From: Octopus vulgaris
Taxonomy: Eukaryota
Direction: 5' to 3'
Assembly: GCA_951406725.2 (NCBI GenBank)
Contig: OX597814.1
Location: 211,978,001-212,042,000, forward strand
DNA length: 64,000 bases
A program made the position numbers and the translations under genes. The notes beneath the pieces were generated by a model. That model did no database searches. It was not told the origin of the DNA and worked only from the letters and a program-made list of their open reading frames with translations. Shown here one piece after another: positions 1-14,980 of this stretch (positions within the stretch are counted from its first letter, which is position 1; every line of letters begins with the position of its first letter).

Positions 1-1899
1 ATATTTGGAATAATATTTAGTGAAATGACAGATGAGTTTTCCAATATTAATATAGAAGAATAATCTATTCAAATAGGAAGTTCTTGCCGTTATGTTTGCC
101 AAGGTATAAAAGCAACATAAAGAAATGAAAGCATGTGGTTTCTTATGTAGTATTGACAATTCAATATTCGAAATTAAAATGTACCCACAACATCTGAAAG
201 CGGGAAAACAGCATAATTATGCATCATTATGAGAATATATTTCGGTTGAGAACCTAACAAAGATGGAACATACTAGGAGAATTGCAAATATTCGTGACAC
301 ATCATGTTTGAAGAAATGTTTCCGAAATTAACGGAAATTAGATAAAATTCCTAAAATTATATATGTTGTTGCAGTAGTCAAAATTAGATTCATTAAAACA
401 AAAATTAAAGAGAACCAAAATAAAATGAATGAATATATTAATTAGCTTTCATAAAAATTAGAATTCCAGAGCTTTAAACCCGAAAGTTATGGAAATTAAA
501 AGAGACAGGGTAAACTTTTAAATAAGGCTGGGGATCGATAATACGTTATTGCTAGATAGAATAATTGATATCTCTTCATATGTTAGTGTGTGATTTCAGT
601 GACTATTTAGCTGTTATTCATAGTAGGATGATTGACTACCTAACGAAACCTCCATTCATTACTTTTATGTTAAATATGAGTATTTAATATGACATGGTGT
701 ATAAAGTTATAATAACAATGATGAATTGCATTCAGAATCCGGAATGAAGTTGTTCATATCTTTCTTGTTTTTCAGCCTTTTATCATCAAAAGGAAATAAT
801 GCAAGTGAAATTTATGCTAGCATTTTCTGTTGTATTTCACTAACAATTCATGATTTGTGTCTATTTCTTGGAAGCATTTTTGAAATAAAATATTGCATAT
901 GCGGTACCACTTAGGCTATAGAAATTTTCAAAAAGCTTCTCTGGTTTAAATATCTCCTATAATTAAAAGTCCCAGTGACAATAACGTAAACATTCTTCTC
1001 ATTGTCTGATATTAACAGGGCAAATGGTAGCGTCATGTTTATTTATTATTCATTTAATGGACACTACATGACTTGATGGAATATTTGAATAGTGGAAAGA
1101 ACTAACTATATTCAGCTCTTTTCCATCCATGCGTCACAGATACACATTGGCATACACACACACCCATAGATATATACACACACATACATACATATATACA
1201 CACAAGCATACCTACATATACTTATATGCGTGTGTGTATGCATATGTATGTACACACACATACACATATGCGCGAACAGATGTGCATTAATTTTCCATTA
1301 GGAACATGATGTATTCTACATTATTAGCAGTCAAATAACGGGAATTCATATATAGATATCCATGAAAAAAACACGACAAGATTGTCATTGGAAGAAGGAA
1401 TATTAAGTTCGAATCCTTCGAAATCCTTGGGCTACATCTCCATAGTATCATCCGATTCTATGGATTTTTATTGCAAAATAAATGTCTTACCCTAATTCGC
1501 AATTAACAGCGATAAAAGTAAGCTTTACACCCACAATGTTACCTTTTCTTTAATTGTGACAAGACTTTGTTTGAGAGAAAATTATTTTTTGATTTTCGTA
1601 TTAGGTCGGAAACATAATTCTGATGCTAAAAACATATTTTGGTCACTCTAGCACGGCGGTATTGCATAGTAGGATAATCGAGGTATTGTGTGAAGTGAAT
1701 GCAGTTATTAACACATATGTTAATATGTATTGATATCCTATTGTCTGAAGATAGATACACTGTGTTAGTATCGAGTAATGCTCTAGACGTCCTTGATTTT
1801 ATTGTGTTTGACAATGTCAGAGAAATCAGCTCATTTAACTGATATATACATTAGTGGCATTAAATGATTTACAAATATGTTTAAGCGTTAAGGACAGAA

Positions 1900-2935
1900 C
1901 ACTCAAATGTATCGACCCCATACTTAACACGAATAAATACCTATTAAGTTTAGACGTAGTTTCCCTCTACGCCACTGTATCCGCTCCCCCGGTCGTTGAT
2001 ATCTCCATACACCACACCACGTCCTTGACCCCCACATCTCCTTGTCCCTCACCCCCTCCTCCCCTGAAACCTCCTCTTCCACATCTTCCCCTTCATCTTC
2101 TCCCACCACCATCCATTAACCTCTAGCTCATCGGCCTCACACCCCGGACATACGAGAGCTAATAACCATTACATTTGGTAACACCTACATACCTCCAATA
2201 TAACGAGGTGATTTACAGACTTCCGGCCTACCTATGGGATGAAGCCTTTCAGGCCTGCTGGCCATAACATACATGGATAAGCTAGAACGCACAACACTCA
2301 GCACTTGCCGCTTATGCATCTTCTTCTCCGGGTACGTTGATGACATCCTTATCATCATGTTCTCCAGGGATGAGACCCCAAACATACCGGAGCTTCAGTA
2401 ACACCGCCATAAGCATCAAATGCGAGATTATAGCATCCAGACGAATCCGAAACCCTCTTACTACTCGACTTCCAACTCAAGATCACAGAGGAAGGCTCCA
2501 TATTTTCCAAAGTCTACAGAAAAGCTGCTAATAGAAAACTTTTCGTGCACTACCAATCAGCCTTAACCACCAGAGTCAAACCCGCATACGTGAGAAACGA
2601 GATTGCATGTATAAACAGCAATTGCAGCAAACAGTTCCTCAGAGACCTAACCTTGAATTTTGCCAGAGGAAGAATGTCGTATATGAGATCATCTGTGGCA
2701 AATGTGGCGCATCCTACATAGGAAGCACGACAAGAAAACTGCTTATACGGATTAAGGAGTACATGCAAGTAGACACATCTGTGAAGAAACTTCTTCAGAA
2801 ATACCAGATCCGAGATTTCACAATGCACATCAAGACAACACAACGGAACAGGGGCAACCATAGAATCTCTGAGGCCATTCACTAAAAGAAACCTAGAAAC
2901 AACAATAGAAGAGAGTTACAAAAAGCTAGCTCTTT
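1900..2935 (+). pseudogene. Penelope-like element RT + GIY-YIG endonuclease ORF, degraded (frameshifts, stops, pyrimidine-rich interruption about 2005-2170)
   Basis: Pieces across frames match PLE motifs: LLSLDVVSLY (RT), GLPMG*SLSGLLAITYMDKLE, GYVDDILI (YxDD), YRKAANRKLFVHYQSAL (thumb), and NVVYEIICGKCGASYIGSTTRKLLIRIKE (GIY-YIG; ORF 2607-2885). Confidence 0.9.
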
Positions 2936-3020
2936 GCTATAGCAACAACCTCCCTTGCATGTCCACTCCACACACGCTAACGCACACGCTCACACACACG
3001 CACAGCGGCGACATTCGTCA

Positions 3021-3059
3021 ATTTCTTAAAAATGGGGTCATAACCCCGAAATGTTGAAT
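3021..3059 (+). ncRNA. Degenerate minimal hammerhead ribozyme motif in the PLE 3' pseudo-LTR
   Basis: TTC-TTAAAAAT-GGGG-tcataa-CCCC-GAAA-TGTT-GAA: stem I TTC/GAA, stem II GGGG/CCCC and GAAA intact; CUGANGA box decayed; lies directly downstream of the GIY-YIG ORF. Confidence 0.5.
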
Positions 3060-3154
3060 ACAAGTTAAGTCTACATTAAATCACATATTTATTTTCTTGT
3101 AATTTCTTTGCATTTACTTCTCTTGTTATGGCCTTACCCACGATTATTTATACA

Positions 3155-3191
<37 letters not shown>

Positions 3192-3198
3192 TTAAATT

Positions 3199-3450
3199 AG
3201 AGATAAAACCACTATTAGGCAAATCATACAATGAAAAACTTAAGCCAATACATAAGATTATTTAATTTATATTATTTAAATATATAACAAAATTAGTTAA
3301 AAAATATAATTAATATAACACTACGAGCGTTTCATGGCTGTTAATTTCTTTAATAATTTTGTTATATATTTAAATAATATAAATTAAATAATCTTATGTA
3401 TTGGCTTAAGTTTTTCATTGTATGATTTGCCTAATAGTGGTTTTATCTCT
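3199..3450. repeat. Perfect 97-bp inverted repeat (fold-back PLE-type terminus) between (TA)n tracts
   Basis: 3199-3295 is the exact reverse complement of 3354-3450; 58-nt spacer. Confidence 0.95.
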
Positions 3451-3541
3451 TATCTAATATAATATAATATTTTACTATAAAATTGGATTCAATCCTAAAT
3501 CTGATGTTTCCCTGTAAGTTTGGATTTATTCCCTAATATTT

Positions 3542-3603
<62 letters not shown>

Positions 3604-4253
3604 CACATACACTTACATACAATTATAACATTTCACAATTATAACAATAATATTTACAGATCAATGCGATATACGAACCGATATTAAAAGCAAGTGAACT
3701 GAGGTATCGTCTTTTGTAAAGTTTGCTTCTAATTTTTTAATATAACGGGATATTCTTTGAATCAGGCAAAAGTATAAAGCATCCACAGCTTAAAATGATA
3801 TAACCATTATCAATGCAACGCTCATAATTATCGAGATATATTCCACTGCGACACGCTTGTACACAAGAAAAGCAATTAAGATATATTATGTATTTTCTCA
3901 TGTATGCTACAAACCTTTCATTCAACTATCATTTAAATTATTCAAGCAGTAAAAATATCATTTGCGTCGTAATATTTATGAGAATTCGTAAGATACATTT
4001 TCTTTGAACTGGGCTACATACAGTACGAAAATTTTATGATTTCATATAAAATACCATCAGATAAATTAAGGGATGATAATTTGCTATACAAAATTGTGTA
4101 TAATTGGAATTGTACATAAGTGAATTTAGTCTCGCGATAAAATTAAGAACCACAGATGGCATTCTCATCCGCACCGAATACCTCCCATAACCTCAATAAA
4201 GTTAACACACATACACACAAAAACATATATATTTATGACGCAATGGCAAAACA

Positions 4254-4555
<302 letters not shown>

Positions 4556-4937
4556 CATATATAAAGAGAGAGAGAGAGAGTAGCTTCTAAGTGAAAGGAA
4601 GGGCAACAATGTAGTTTGTCTATATGCTTAACTTTTTGGAGGTTTTAAGCGAACATATACTAATGTGTCTATATGTTTTAATTTAATTAAATTCTATGTC
4701 TCTGTGCAACTGATGATTGCTCTGCATTTAAACTGATGTAATGGCTGCATTGTTCAATTAAATGGAGTTGCATGAAACGATCGTACTGCATTACTGCTGG
4801 ATATACTTGCTGATTATTTTTATTTTGATCACCACATTTTCGAAATTGTATGGATCATATAATTGTATGGATCAATAAGAAAATGGTGGGGATCAATAGA
4901 TGGCATTCATCAACTTTTAGACATCATATATACATAT

Positions 4938-4978
<41 letters not shown>

Positions 4979-5010
4979 CATGTCCATATACATATATATA
5001 TGTATATACG

Positions 5011-5042
<32 letters not shown>

Positions 5043-5065
5043 CATACATATATATGTATGTATAT

Positions 5066-5952
5066 ATATGTATAGAAATTAAATATATATTACAAAATCG
5101 GACAAGAACGCAAAAACACACAAAGAGACGACACAAAAAAACAGACGGGTCATTCGAAGCCTCTAATCTTCAGTCGGGAACCGGATCATCTTAGCAATTT
5201 CGGCTGATTAATCCTGATATTGCTCCGATACGGCCAGCCCCAAAGAAAAACTAAGCTACGAGCATTAGATTTCTTGGAAAGAGGATCGAATGTATACGAA
5301 ACAAGGACAGGATGCCACACGAATATAAATGCACGAAACAAAAAATAGAAATAAAAAACAAGAATAGTAATAACAGGACAAAACAGCTGGTGTCTTATGA
5401 CTTCAGACAATTTTTAACTTATCTTGGCTGGCGTATTTTGAAAAAATGCCTCTGCGGCAAACGAAGACAACAGTGTTAACATGGCAGCGGTCAAGCCGAA
5501 AAGACCAGTTTGAGCGGTAGTCACGTGAGTGGACAGAAGAGAGAGAGAAAGAAAAAACAGGGGGCAAGGAATCAAAGAGAGAGAGAAAGAAAGGGACAAA
5601 GGCACCAAGGGGGAGAGAGAGAGAGAAGGAAGGAATTAAAGAGGGGAGAAGAAACAGCGTGCCAAGGATTGGCTTAGCAATAGAAATAATGGTGCAAAGT
5701 AAGAAAGACGGAGACATGTGAGGGAGTGGGGGGTGAATCAGAGTCAAGGAAAGAGAAAGACACAGACTATAGAGAAAGTGTGTGTAACGAAGTCGTACAA
5801 GGTGGAATGTGCATACATAGGAGATAGGGATACGTTACGCCGCAATAATATATGTATAGAAATTAAATATATATTACAACATGGGACAAGAACACACAAA
5901 GAGACGACACAAAACAACAGGTTATTCGAAGCCTCTAATCTTCAGTCGGGAA
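5066..5952 (-). mobile_element. Non-coding PLE-type element with about 100-110-bp terminal direct repeats
   Basis: 5066-5180 and 5851-5952 are near-identical direct repeats (gtatagaaattaaatatatattacaa...attcgaagcctctaatcttcagtcgggaa); purine-rich interior; homologous segments at 41030-41330 and 42370-42510. Confidence 0.65.
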
Positions 5953-6719
5953 ATGTATAAGAATGCGTGCATAGATATATGTATGTATGCATGTATGCAT
6001 GTATTGCATGAATTTGCGAACACATTAACACAGAGAAGTGTGCTTACGAATTTCGCTTTCCAAATACGCGTTCAGGTTATAACACATAATACTGTATCTT
6101 TCTAATATAACTCCTTCACTACCCTCGAATCGATCGCGTACGGTAAAACCTGAGGAAAAATACCAAGAAATCTTATAATATAGGCATTTTTACACATGAA
6201 TATATTTTGTTGCTCAAAGGTCTATAATTTCACATACAGCCGTCACTTGCTGCACATGCAAGTGTCCAGTATTTATCAAAACGTTCATTCAGGCAGCAGA
6301 AATTAAATATACAGATATCGCACTTCTGTATTTCACATCTGCTAAATGTGTTGAGATAAAGTTGCTAAGTCTGTTTCAAACTTACTATTTTCCATGTCTT
6401 TCCCTTAATATGATATCGCGCATGTTTTCAAGGTCTCGGCTGGTCGTCTAAACAAGCACAAAATCATAAGAGATAACGGGGTTACAATGGTGCAGATTTC
6501 ATAGTTTTATCAAAGTTGCTATGTTTAGCTTGTAGCAGTAATCAGCTTTTGTGCGGTCAAAAACCTCATCACAGGAGGCGTTATCTTTAAATGGAAGGAC
6601 GGGTAGTCACATACTCAGACATACTCTGCCTGAAAATAAATTATCGCATCAGAAGGAATATTCTTCGATAAATTATTAATGAGAAAATCGCTGATGGCTG
6701 TAAGAAAATAGTGAGTAGT

Positions 6720-7330
6720 GTATATTGATAGTGATCCACAGCTTGTAAGAGGGTCAATACAATAAAAGCTGAAGGTTATAGTAACAAAGCAGTGTTTGAT
6801 ACAGGAACGTTAAATGGTGATAGAATTAAATATGGATTTGTAATTCAAAGTCGAAGCGGTTTGTGATGCTCTAAGCTATAAAACAAGTTCTAGACATAAG
6901 TAGCTCACGGTAAAATGAAATGGATGTATTCCAGAATGTAACTGGGAAGTGTTGGGCAAAATAAAGATAAAAAGAAACGGATTACGGATAAAACATGATA
7001 AGTTGCTGAGGCACAAAAAGGAACAAATACCATAACTTGAAAGCTCAGGGGGGAGGGCGATAAGATGGTTCTTATAGTTAAAATAAGGAAATATTTGAGA
7101 CTCAAAAGAGAGGTGAAAAGGTTTTCAGGGAGAGATAAAAAAGTTTCTTGGAAGTGAAAGATGATGAAGAATATAAATCCCTCTATGCAGAAGATAGCAG
7201 AAGAATCTGAAAAGCTTATGAAATAACAAATGAGATTACTGGCAAAATAAAGACATCAAAAAGACTGTCTCTGTTTAGTATTGATGAGGAACAAATAACA
7301 TCTGATATAAATATTCAAGAAAGATGGAAT
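6720..7330 (+). pseudogene. Highly decayed RTE-type non-LTR ORF (APE C-terminus and linker)
   Basis: IDSDPQLVRGSIQ*KLK resembles the SDH.LV..LKLK APE terminal motif; downstream VKRFSGRDK and AYEITNEITGK resemble the RTE linker. Confidence 0.45.
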
Positions 7331-8437
7331 GACCATTTTATTATTGTCATGAACAAAGCATATAAAAGGAGAAGCCCTCTGATAATTCCTAACCAACACG
7401 ATCTGTAGATGTGCCTGTACATGAATATCTATTGAGGGAAACCAATAGCTACTGAGCAATTCAAAAACGAAAAGCTCTTTAATTAGATAAAAGTGCAAGG
7501 CAACATCTAAACTTAGTTCAACACGTGACTGTATAAACGTTATCGAAGCTGTTTCTTAATATAAAATAAATTGTACAATTACTCAGAAATTAAAAGATCT
7601 CTCATGTTTAGCACTACATCGGGCGGCCAGTAAAACCTATTTTCCTTAAATAACAGCGAATTACAGATCTTATACATTGGAGATTTCCTTACACTGATTT
7701 GCAGCCAGAGATTCTACTTGAAATTGAGGACCTACCCAAGATAAGTAAGAACATATATTTCTGACGTGCAACACATCCTGGCTGCAACACATTTTGGTTT
7801 CAGCTGGTATAGAAGAAAATATATCGGCAAAGGGATTATAATGCTAGAACGAAGAGACTCATAGTTTGGACCAATTTGGGGACAATGTAAGTGTAATTTA
7901 TTTAAAGTTTACGGGTCATGGCTATTGCATCAGTGTAATAATAGGGCACGTGGGAATATGTGTGAGTTAGATTTTAAGTAACCATTAGCCAACAGGAAAA
8001 ATGCCTTATGAAAAACAGTAACGTTTTGCAACTTCCAAAATCTTGAAAAATGTATAGTGTAGAGAACATGTCTTTCCGTTGAATAATAAACTTTAAAAAA
8101 CATTAAATGCACAAACGAACGGAAAACAGAAAGAGAAACTCGCCAAACCTTCTCTGTTATCGTTCAAATGACTAAGGCGATTTGGCGCCTTCTAATGATA
8201 ATATTAAACGCTTCTAGTGGAGCCGGGAGCAAGAAACCACCGGTTAGATAGCAAGCCAAAGAACAAGTGAACAAACTAAAAATAAACATACTTGCAATAC
8301 AGTAAACATACAAATATGAAATAAATGTGATTCATTATGAAATTATTAGCAGACGGACAAAAGACAACGACAAAATCAAACAAGTCGAAATGTGGACATA
8401 CAAAATGACTGAAATAAATAAACAGAAGAGCCTTAGC

Positions 8438-8575
8438 TATTTTATTTTATCTGTGAATTTGCGCGTGTACTCTGGGAATGCATACAATGAGCTTCTCTGC
8501 CCTAGGTGTATGGAAAACACCCGGCGAGAAACGGAAGAAAATTCGAAGAAAGAAGGAGGAAAAAAAAGGATGTTT
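8438..8575 (+). mobile_element. Dong/R4-type non-LTR 3' UTR fragment
   Basis: Near-identical to 16212-16330, which follows the IVLTGTAHVLRRALSL* REL C-terminus. Confidence 0.75.
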
Positions 8576-9904
8576 AAAAGATTAGAAATAAAAGGACAAC
8601 AAAGAGAGAGCGAAACGTGTTGAAATTGGGAGACGAGAGAAAATACGACCAGTTGTTTGGGCGGTGGGCGTGGAAAGGAAAACAGAATAAAAGATGGCAA
8701 TGACCACGTGTCACGTGTCAGTAGTAGTAGGAGACAAGTGTTTGGGAGCATGGAGAGACAGAGAGAGAGAGATCAGAGAGCGTAAGCTAGAGAGAAGGAG
8801 AGAGAGAAAGCAGAAGATAGGAACAGACAGCAGCACAGAATATGTGTACAGAGATGTATGAAATCGACACGAATGATTTAAATATTGGTCGCACATGCAT
8901 ATCGTATGGTTTTCTTTATACGCCAATCTGCACCGGATACCTTATGGGAAAGCACCGTACACGACACCTAGTGATAAAGAACAATGAACGTCTCAGACTC
9001 TGCGAGACAACTCGTCCTGAGAAGAACTAAAATGATAGATATCGATATGTATCTGTCGTTGTAGCACCTTTACTTTATTCACCGTAAAACCAATTGCATC
9101 ATTAGTGTGGAACATCAAGGGTGACAAATCGGCTACTTAAAATCTTCATTCTAGATCGTAACCTGCCAAATCATTCAAAGCAAAACCAGCCACGGCAATA
9201 TACATTGGGATAAGTCCTACACAGAAATAAAGGCAGATACTTTAAACATGCATCACGGAAGAAAAAAATTAAACATCTTTTGATCGAGGCGTCGTTTGAT
9301 CGTAACTGATCTGGGTTTAAAACACTATAAAAGTATCAGCGTGATTTAAGTAGGTGTTGATATGGCTACACCTGTTCTGACTATGCTTATATTTGGATGC
9401 AAAGATGATTGCTATTATTCGAATACTGATTTTTTACTTACATAACTATTTATGTTTACAGCCAATATTTTTTATTTAGCAAATTTTCGATAATATATAT
9501 ATATTTGTTGTATTTATTGGAAAAATATATTTCTTTTATATTTCCGTTAGGTTATTATAGCACTAGCAGAGATAGCCAGCGTTAGTCGGGCTTAATATGG
9601 CGGGTTTTTGTTTTATTGTTTTACTTGTTTCAGTCAGGTAACTGCGGCCATGAAAGAACTTATGGGATGACCTGATATATATGGCAAGCGTATTTTGAAG
9701 AATCCGAAACCGGTACTGCATTATCCATTATCTAGGTTTTTCATTTTTCAGATGTTTTTCCTAGAGGTAAGACAATTTTTTTCATGTTTGTTGCACACAC
9801 GCATCTTTACTAGTACATACGCAGTGAAGCTATACATTGGCGTCGTATTTATTACGTTCGCTATTTTCCAGTAGATATCGGTGCTTCGTTGTACCATTTA
9901 TTTA

Positions 9905-9939
<35 letters not shown>

Positions 9940-9949
9940 TTAAACAACT

Positions 9950-10210
9950 CTTCCCTACACTCTGAGTTCCCGTGTTCGGTCCCAATGTACAATGTTTTGG
10001 TCACGTAAACTTATCAAAGCCTCTCACTGACCCAAAATTTATGACCGAATCCGTATGGACAATCATTGTTTAGAAAATCTTCTATGACCAGCACCTGAAA
10101 TTGAGAGACTCAGCCTTGTCACAGCTGTACGTGATTCTACTTGCATATTCTCAGCTGGTCCACGCGTTAATTCAATTCCTATTTTGTGTAGTTCACCGAA
10201 AACAGATAGA
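9950..10210 (-). mobile_element. Decayed tRNA-derived SINE (family of 50182-50669)
   Basis: Weak similarity to the SINE head and core around 9950-10080 of that family; a tail-like piece also at 9615-9655 (tttacttgtttcagtca...ctgcggccatg). Strand and boundaries uncertain. Confidence 0.35.
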
Positions 10211-11789
10211 TATATGTCTAAATCATTCTCTTCGTCACAGACCATCATCATCATCAACATGCAATATGGAATGCAATATTACACTACCTTTTTATAATGC
10301 GTTTTGTCCACGAATCATATCATTGTTTGGCTGGTGGACAATCTTATAGGGAATATTATTCATTTGAGAACGATGAGCAGTTAGTTAATCCATGTGCAAC
10401 ATAGTTGTATATACAATTCATATAAGAACTGTCAGTGAATATCAAATCGTTAGCCGCAGTCGATTTGTTTTACGTTTACTTTCTTCGTTCCTATATTCGC
10501 AACAAAATAGAGGCGAATAACTTGGCCTTGCCATCGTCATATACAATGGAAAAAGTAGTACTCGATTTTCAGCGTAGTACCGAGATAGAATGTGATGTGA
10601 TAGCTGATTTTTAATTTCAATATATGTCATTTGCTTATTTGCTGAGCACGAGCTTTAGGAAAGAAAATGTTAGCACCAAGGTCTAAAGAGGGGGCTTAAT
10701 GGACGCTTTATCGATGTAGGTTAAAACAGACAACATCCTACCTCTAGAAAAAGGAAAAGATAGGCGTGATGAGCTCAATGACTGAATGGTTTAAGCTAGA
10801 ATAACGCTGTTTGGTTACGTTGCAGTTGATCTGGCGCCAAGCAATAAGAGAAATATATAAATTGAAGCCGGTCAAATCAATAAATTACTGCGCCCTTATT
10901 TTATGCGATAACAATACGTTTCCTGTTGCGATGTTATATAGAATCCATATAAAAGAAACCGTTCAATGGGTTTGTAAGTATTTAATCACATTATAGCTGC
11001 AACAAGATCTTACGAACCGGTATAAAATGCTGCCAGATCTCCGTTGAAGCACATACCACAGTAGGGAAGGTTATATCAGATAATTCAATTCCGGGAATAC
11101 GGATTAACGTATGGTTATGACGAGAATGGCTTTTTAGATGTCTGGAATTTCAAGGTTCGATTGTGACAAAATAACATACACAACGATAAAGGACACACCA
11201 AACCTTATCACTGTATTGGTGTCAAATGTTCTTATAACCCCAACTTAGGAAATTCGCTAAAAATTAAGAATATAAACTATTTAAAAGGAGTTAAAGTTTT
11301 GTTATACAAAGCATTTCTATAACACAAAAGAGAAGAAATCGCGTTATTAGGATTTTATTTCTTCACATAAATTTTTTCGTATATTTTCGTAGAAGATAAT
11401 CGATGTAACTTATATCACGAATGCTGTGCATCTTCATGGTGCCGTGTTTGTTGTAATATATTATATATTAAAACAGACGCAAATATAATGCCGAAGGATA
11501 TTTATCCATTTTTAAATTAATAAAGCAATGAATACATCAGTTCACTGAAGGGAGTTTAATGTAGTTTTCAAACACAGATAATATTACAACGTGATTTTTC
11601 TTTCTTGGCAATATATGGGCGCCCGTATGCCGGTTTGTGTTTATGAACATACATATATATGAGTGAGTGAATATATAGCAATATATATGTATATCTGTCT
11701 ATCATACATATGAAAAAAATATATGAACACTTACACAAGTATGTGCACGTACGTGTCGGTGTATGTATATGACATACATACACACACAT

Positions 11790-12211
<422 letters not shown>

Positions 12212-12589
12212 CCTTCTGATAATAAAACCAATAATATTTAGAGTATTTTTTTCTATCCAATTAATATTATATTCCAATAAATAGAGTCGTAAGAGCTCAG
12301 TCTAAAATATATTTATCTTCTTCCTCAAATTGTGATTTTAAAATACACCACAGTCACACTTTCTTTCATCTCGACGGTACTTGGTCATACAGTGAGAAAA
12401 GGACTTCGTTTCTCCTTATAAACACTCAGCAACCTAAATTTATGCCATGCTGCCTATGTTAGAAAATATTACTCAAGAACGATTAGTTGAAGGTACATTT
12501 TGCGTTTCGGAGAAAATAGTTTAGGGTATTTCTTCCTGCATCTTACATTCATTTACAAATGTTGGCGATGTCAAATATGTATTTTATCC

Positions 12590-13000
12590 AGTGGAGGCGC
12601 AATGGCCCAGTGGTTAGGGCAGCGGACTCGCGGTCGTAGGATCGTAGTTTCGATTCCCAGACCGGGCATCGTGAGTGTTTATTGAGCGAAAACACCTAAA
12701 GCTTCACGAGGCTCCTGCAGGGGGTGGTGGTGAACCCTGCTGTACTCTTTCACCACAACTTTCTGTCACTCTTTCTTCCTGTTTCTGTTGTACCTTTTTT
12801 TTCATAGGGCTAGTCTTGTCACTCTCTGTGTCACGCTGAATCTCCTCGAGAACTACGTTAAGGGTACACGTGTCTGTGGAGTGCTTAGCCACTTGCACGT
12901 TAATTCCACGAGCAAGCTGTTCCGTTGATCGTATCAGCTGGGACCCTCATCGTCGTAACCGACGGAGTGCGCCTACTATAAAGGAGAAAGAGAGAGAGAA
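12590..13000 (+). mobile_element. tRNA-derived SINE, full length with TSD
   Basis: Head ggaggcgcaaTGGCCCAGTGGttagggcagcggactcgcggtcgtaggatcgtaGTTTCGATTCCC with pol III A/B boxes; 10-bp TSD tattttatcc at 12580-12589 and 13001-13010; second copy at 24311. Confidence 0.85.
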
Positions 13001-13845
13001 TATTTTATCCGGGATTATAGAGTAAAAAAAATGAATAAATAAACCCAGTCCGATACTACGTTTAGTATGATGAACTTATCCTTTTCTTCCTTTCAGGTTT
13101 CAGATGTCTTAGAAAAGTAGAGATTTAATTGATAATCTTTAGATAATCTTTAACATAAGTAATTCATCCTATTCAACAGATGAATTGAAGTCAAATTTCT
13201 GATCCAACTAGTGAGGCAGAGGAAAGAGCCATACATACCACCATATTATCTCTATTAACCCACGGTCGAAACACAACGGACGTTATCTCCACATGGCTAT
13301 TTAAACCAAATGCCGGTAGAAGAGTAAACTTCACAAAAGACTGTCAGTGGTTGGATAGTTTTTGGAAGATGGGTTACGGCTTGAATCTACTATTCAAGAC
13401 GTAAATAGCCAGAACAAATATCACGGGGTATATAGTGCAGCACTGCAATAATCCATCCGATAAAACACAGTCGGTTGATATCTAATTATAATTGTCATGG
13501 AATGTACGAAAGATGAACCTAACTTTGGAAGGATTTGATATCACAGTGCAAATACACATTAATTACACCATACAGTTTGATTACGGAGAGCAGACTGGAA
13601 CTTCGATGTCACAGACATTCACTTTCCTTGTAAAAATTGTTGGAATGTTGGAACTAATTCAAATTGTCATTAGGTATTCTTTATTTCCTATGTTATAACC
13701 TTAAATGGGAAACAAAATATGCGTGGTTAACACTAATATTACTGTTTTCTGCATATCCCAAAATGCAACACAAGTATTTCTTTAACAGCACTGCCAGTGT
13801 ATGTATATATTTATGTATATATGCATGTATGCATGAATGTATGAC

Positions 13846-13890
<45 letters not shown>

Positions 13891-14529
13891 TATAATATGT
13901 ATACGTGTATATGTGTATTTATGTATATGTAGACAGACACACATATGAATGTATGTATGTGTATGTAAATATCTATATATATATATGTATGTATATATGT
14001 GTTGGTATGTTTGAATATGTATATACATGTTTCTGTTCGTGACTTTTTTTTAGAGAAAGACAAGACTAGAGAGACATTACTACACTTTACAACACTTACC
14101 ATACCAGTTTACTTCGAAAAGATGTGGCACTGAAATGTATGATTTAAATTTTTTTCTACAGACAGTTGATAAGATTTATATATAGATTAGAAAGAACATA
14201 TTTTTTCCTTCATTTCACTGTAGAACAATCGGATTCCACTTTTTTTTCCTGGCTAGGCAAACCATCAATTATCTAAACGAATAATATAGACCATCGCTAT
14301 AATTTAACTTATGAGGCAAAGTTTTAATACAACAGTTATTTTGACGAATTTTCAATTATTTTATCTCTATGTATGTATTGCTTTACTTCAACAATTTCTG
14401 TTTTTATTCGTTTCTATGTTTGTCTACGCTCCTAACGAGGAGATGATTATATATGGCAGCAGTATAGTGTAACCGATATATTGTCCTTAGTACGTATGTA
14501 CAAATACACACACAAACAAGCTATATACA

Positions 14530-14616
14530 AATGTATGTGTGTGTGTGCGTATGAGTGTAGTTATGCTGTTACCTATACATATATATTTGCTTAAATATAC
14601 ATGTATATATTTGCGT

Positions 14617-14712
<96 letters not shown>

Positions 14713-14885
14713 ACATACATATATATACATACATATATACATATATATATATATAAATATATGTATATATATATATATATATTTATACACATATACATGT
14801 AAATATATATATATATAGATAGATAGATAGATAGATATACATATATATATATATATATATATACATATACATACATGCATACATG

Positions 14886-14977
<92 letters not shown>
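14530..14977. repeat. Compound (TA)n/(TG)n/(GATA)n/(GA)n microsatellite
   Basis: Directly visible simple repeats. Confidence 0.95.

Positions 14978-14980
<3 letters not shown>

Noticed and set aside
9561-9595. Second Helitron-like 3' end (CTAG plus hairpin, minus strand)
   Set aside because: Hairpin too degenerate to support a call
12593-12670. tRNA gene call for the tRNA-like sequence
   Set aside because: It is the head of a dispersed SINE with TSD and a second copy; the cloverleaf is imperfect
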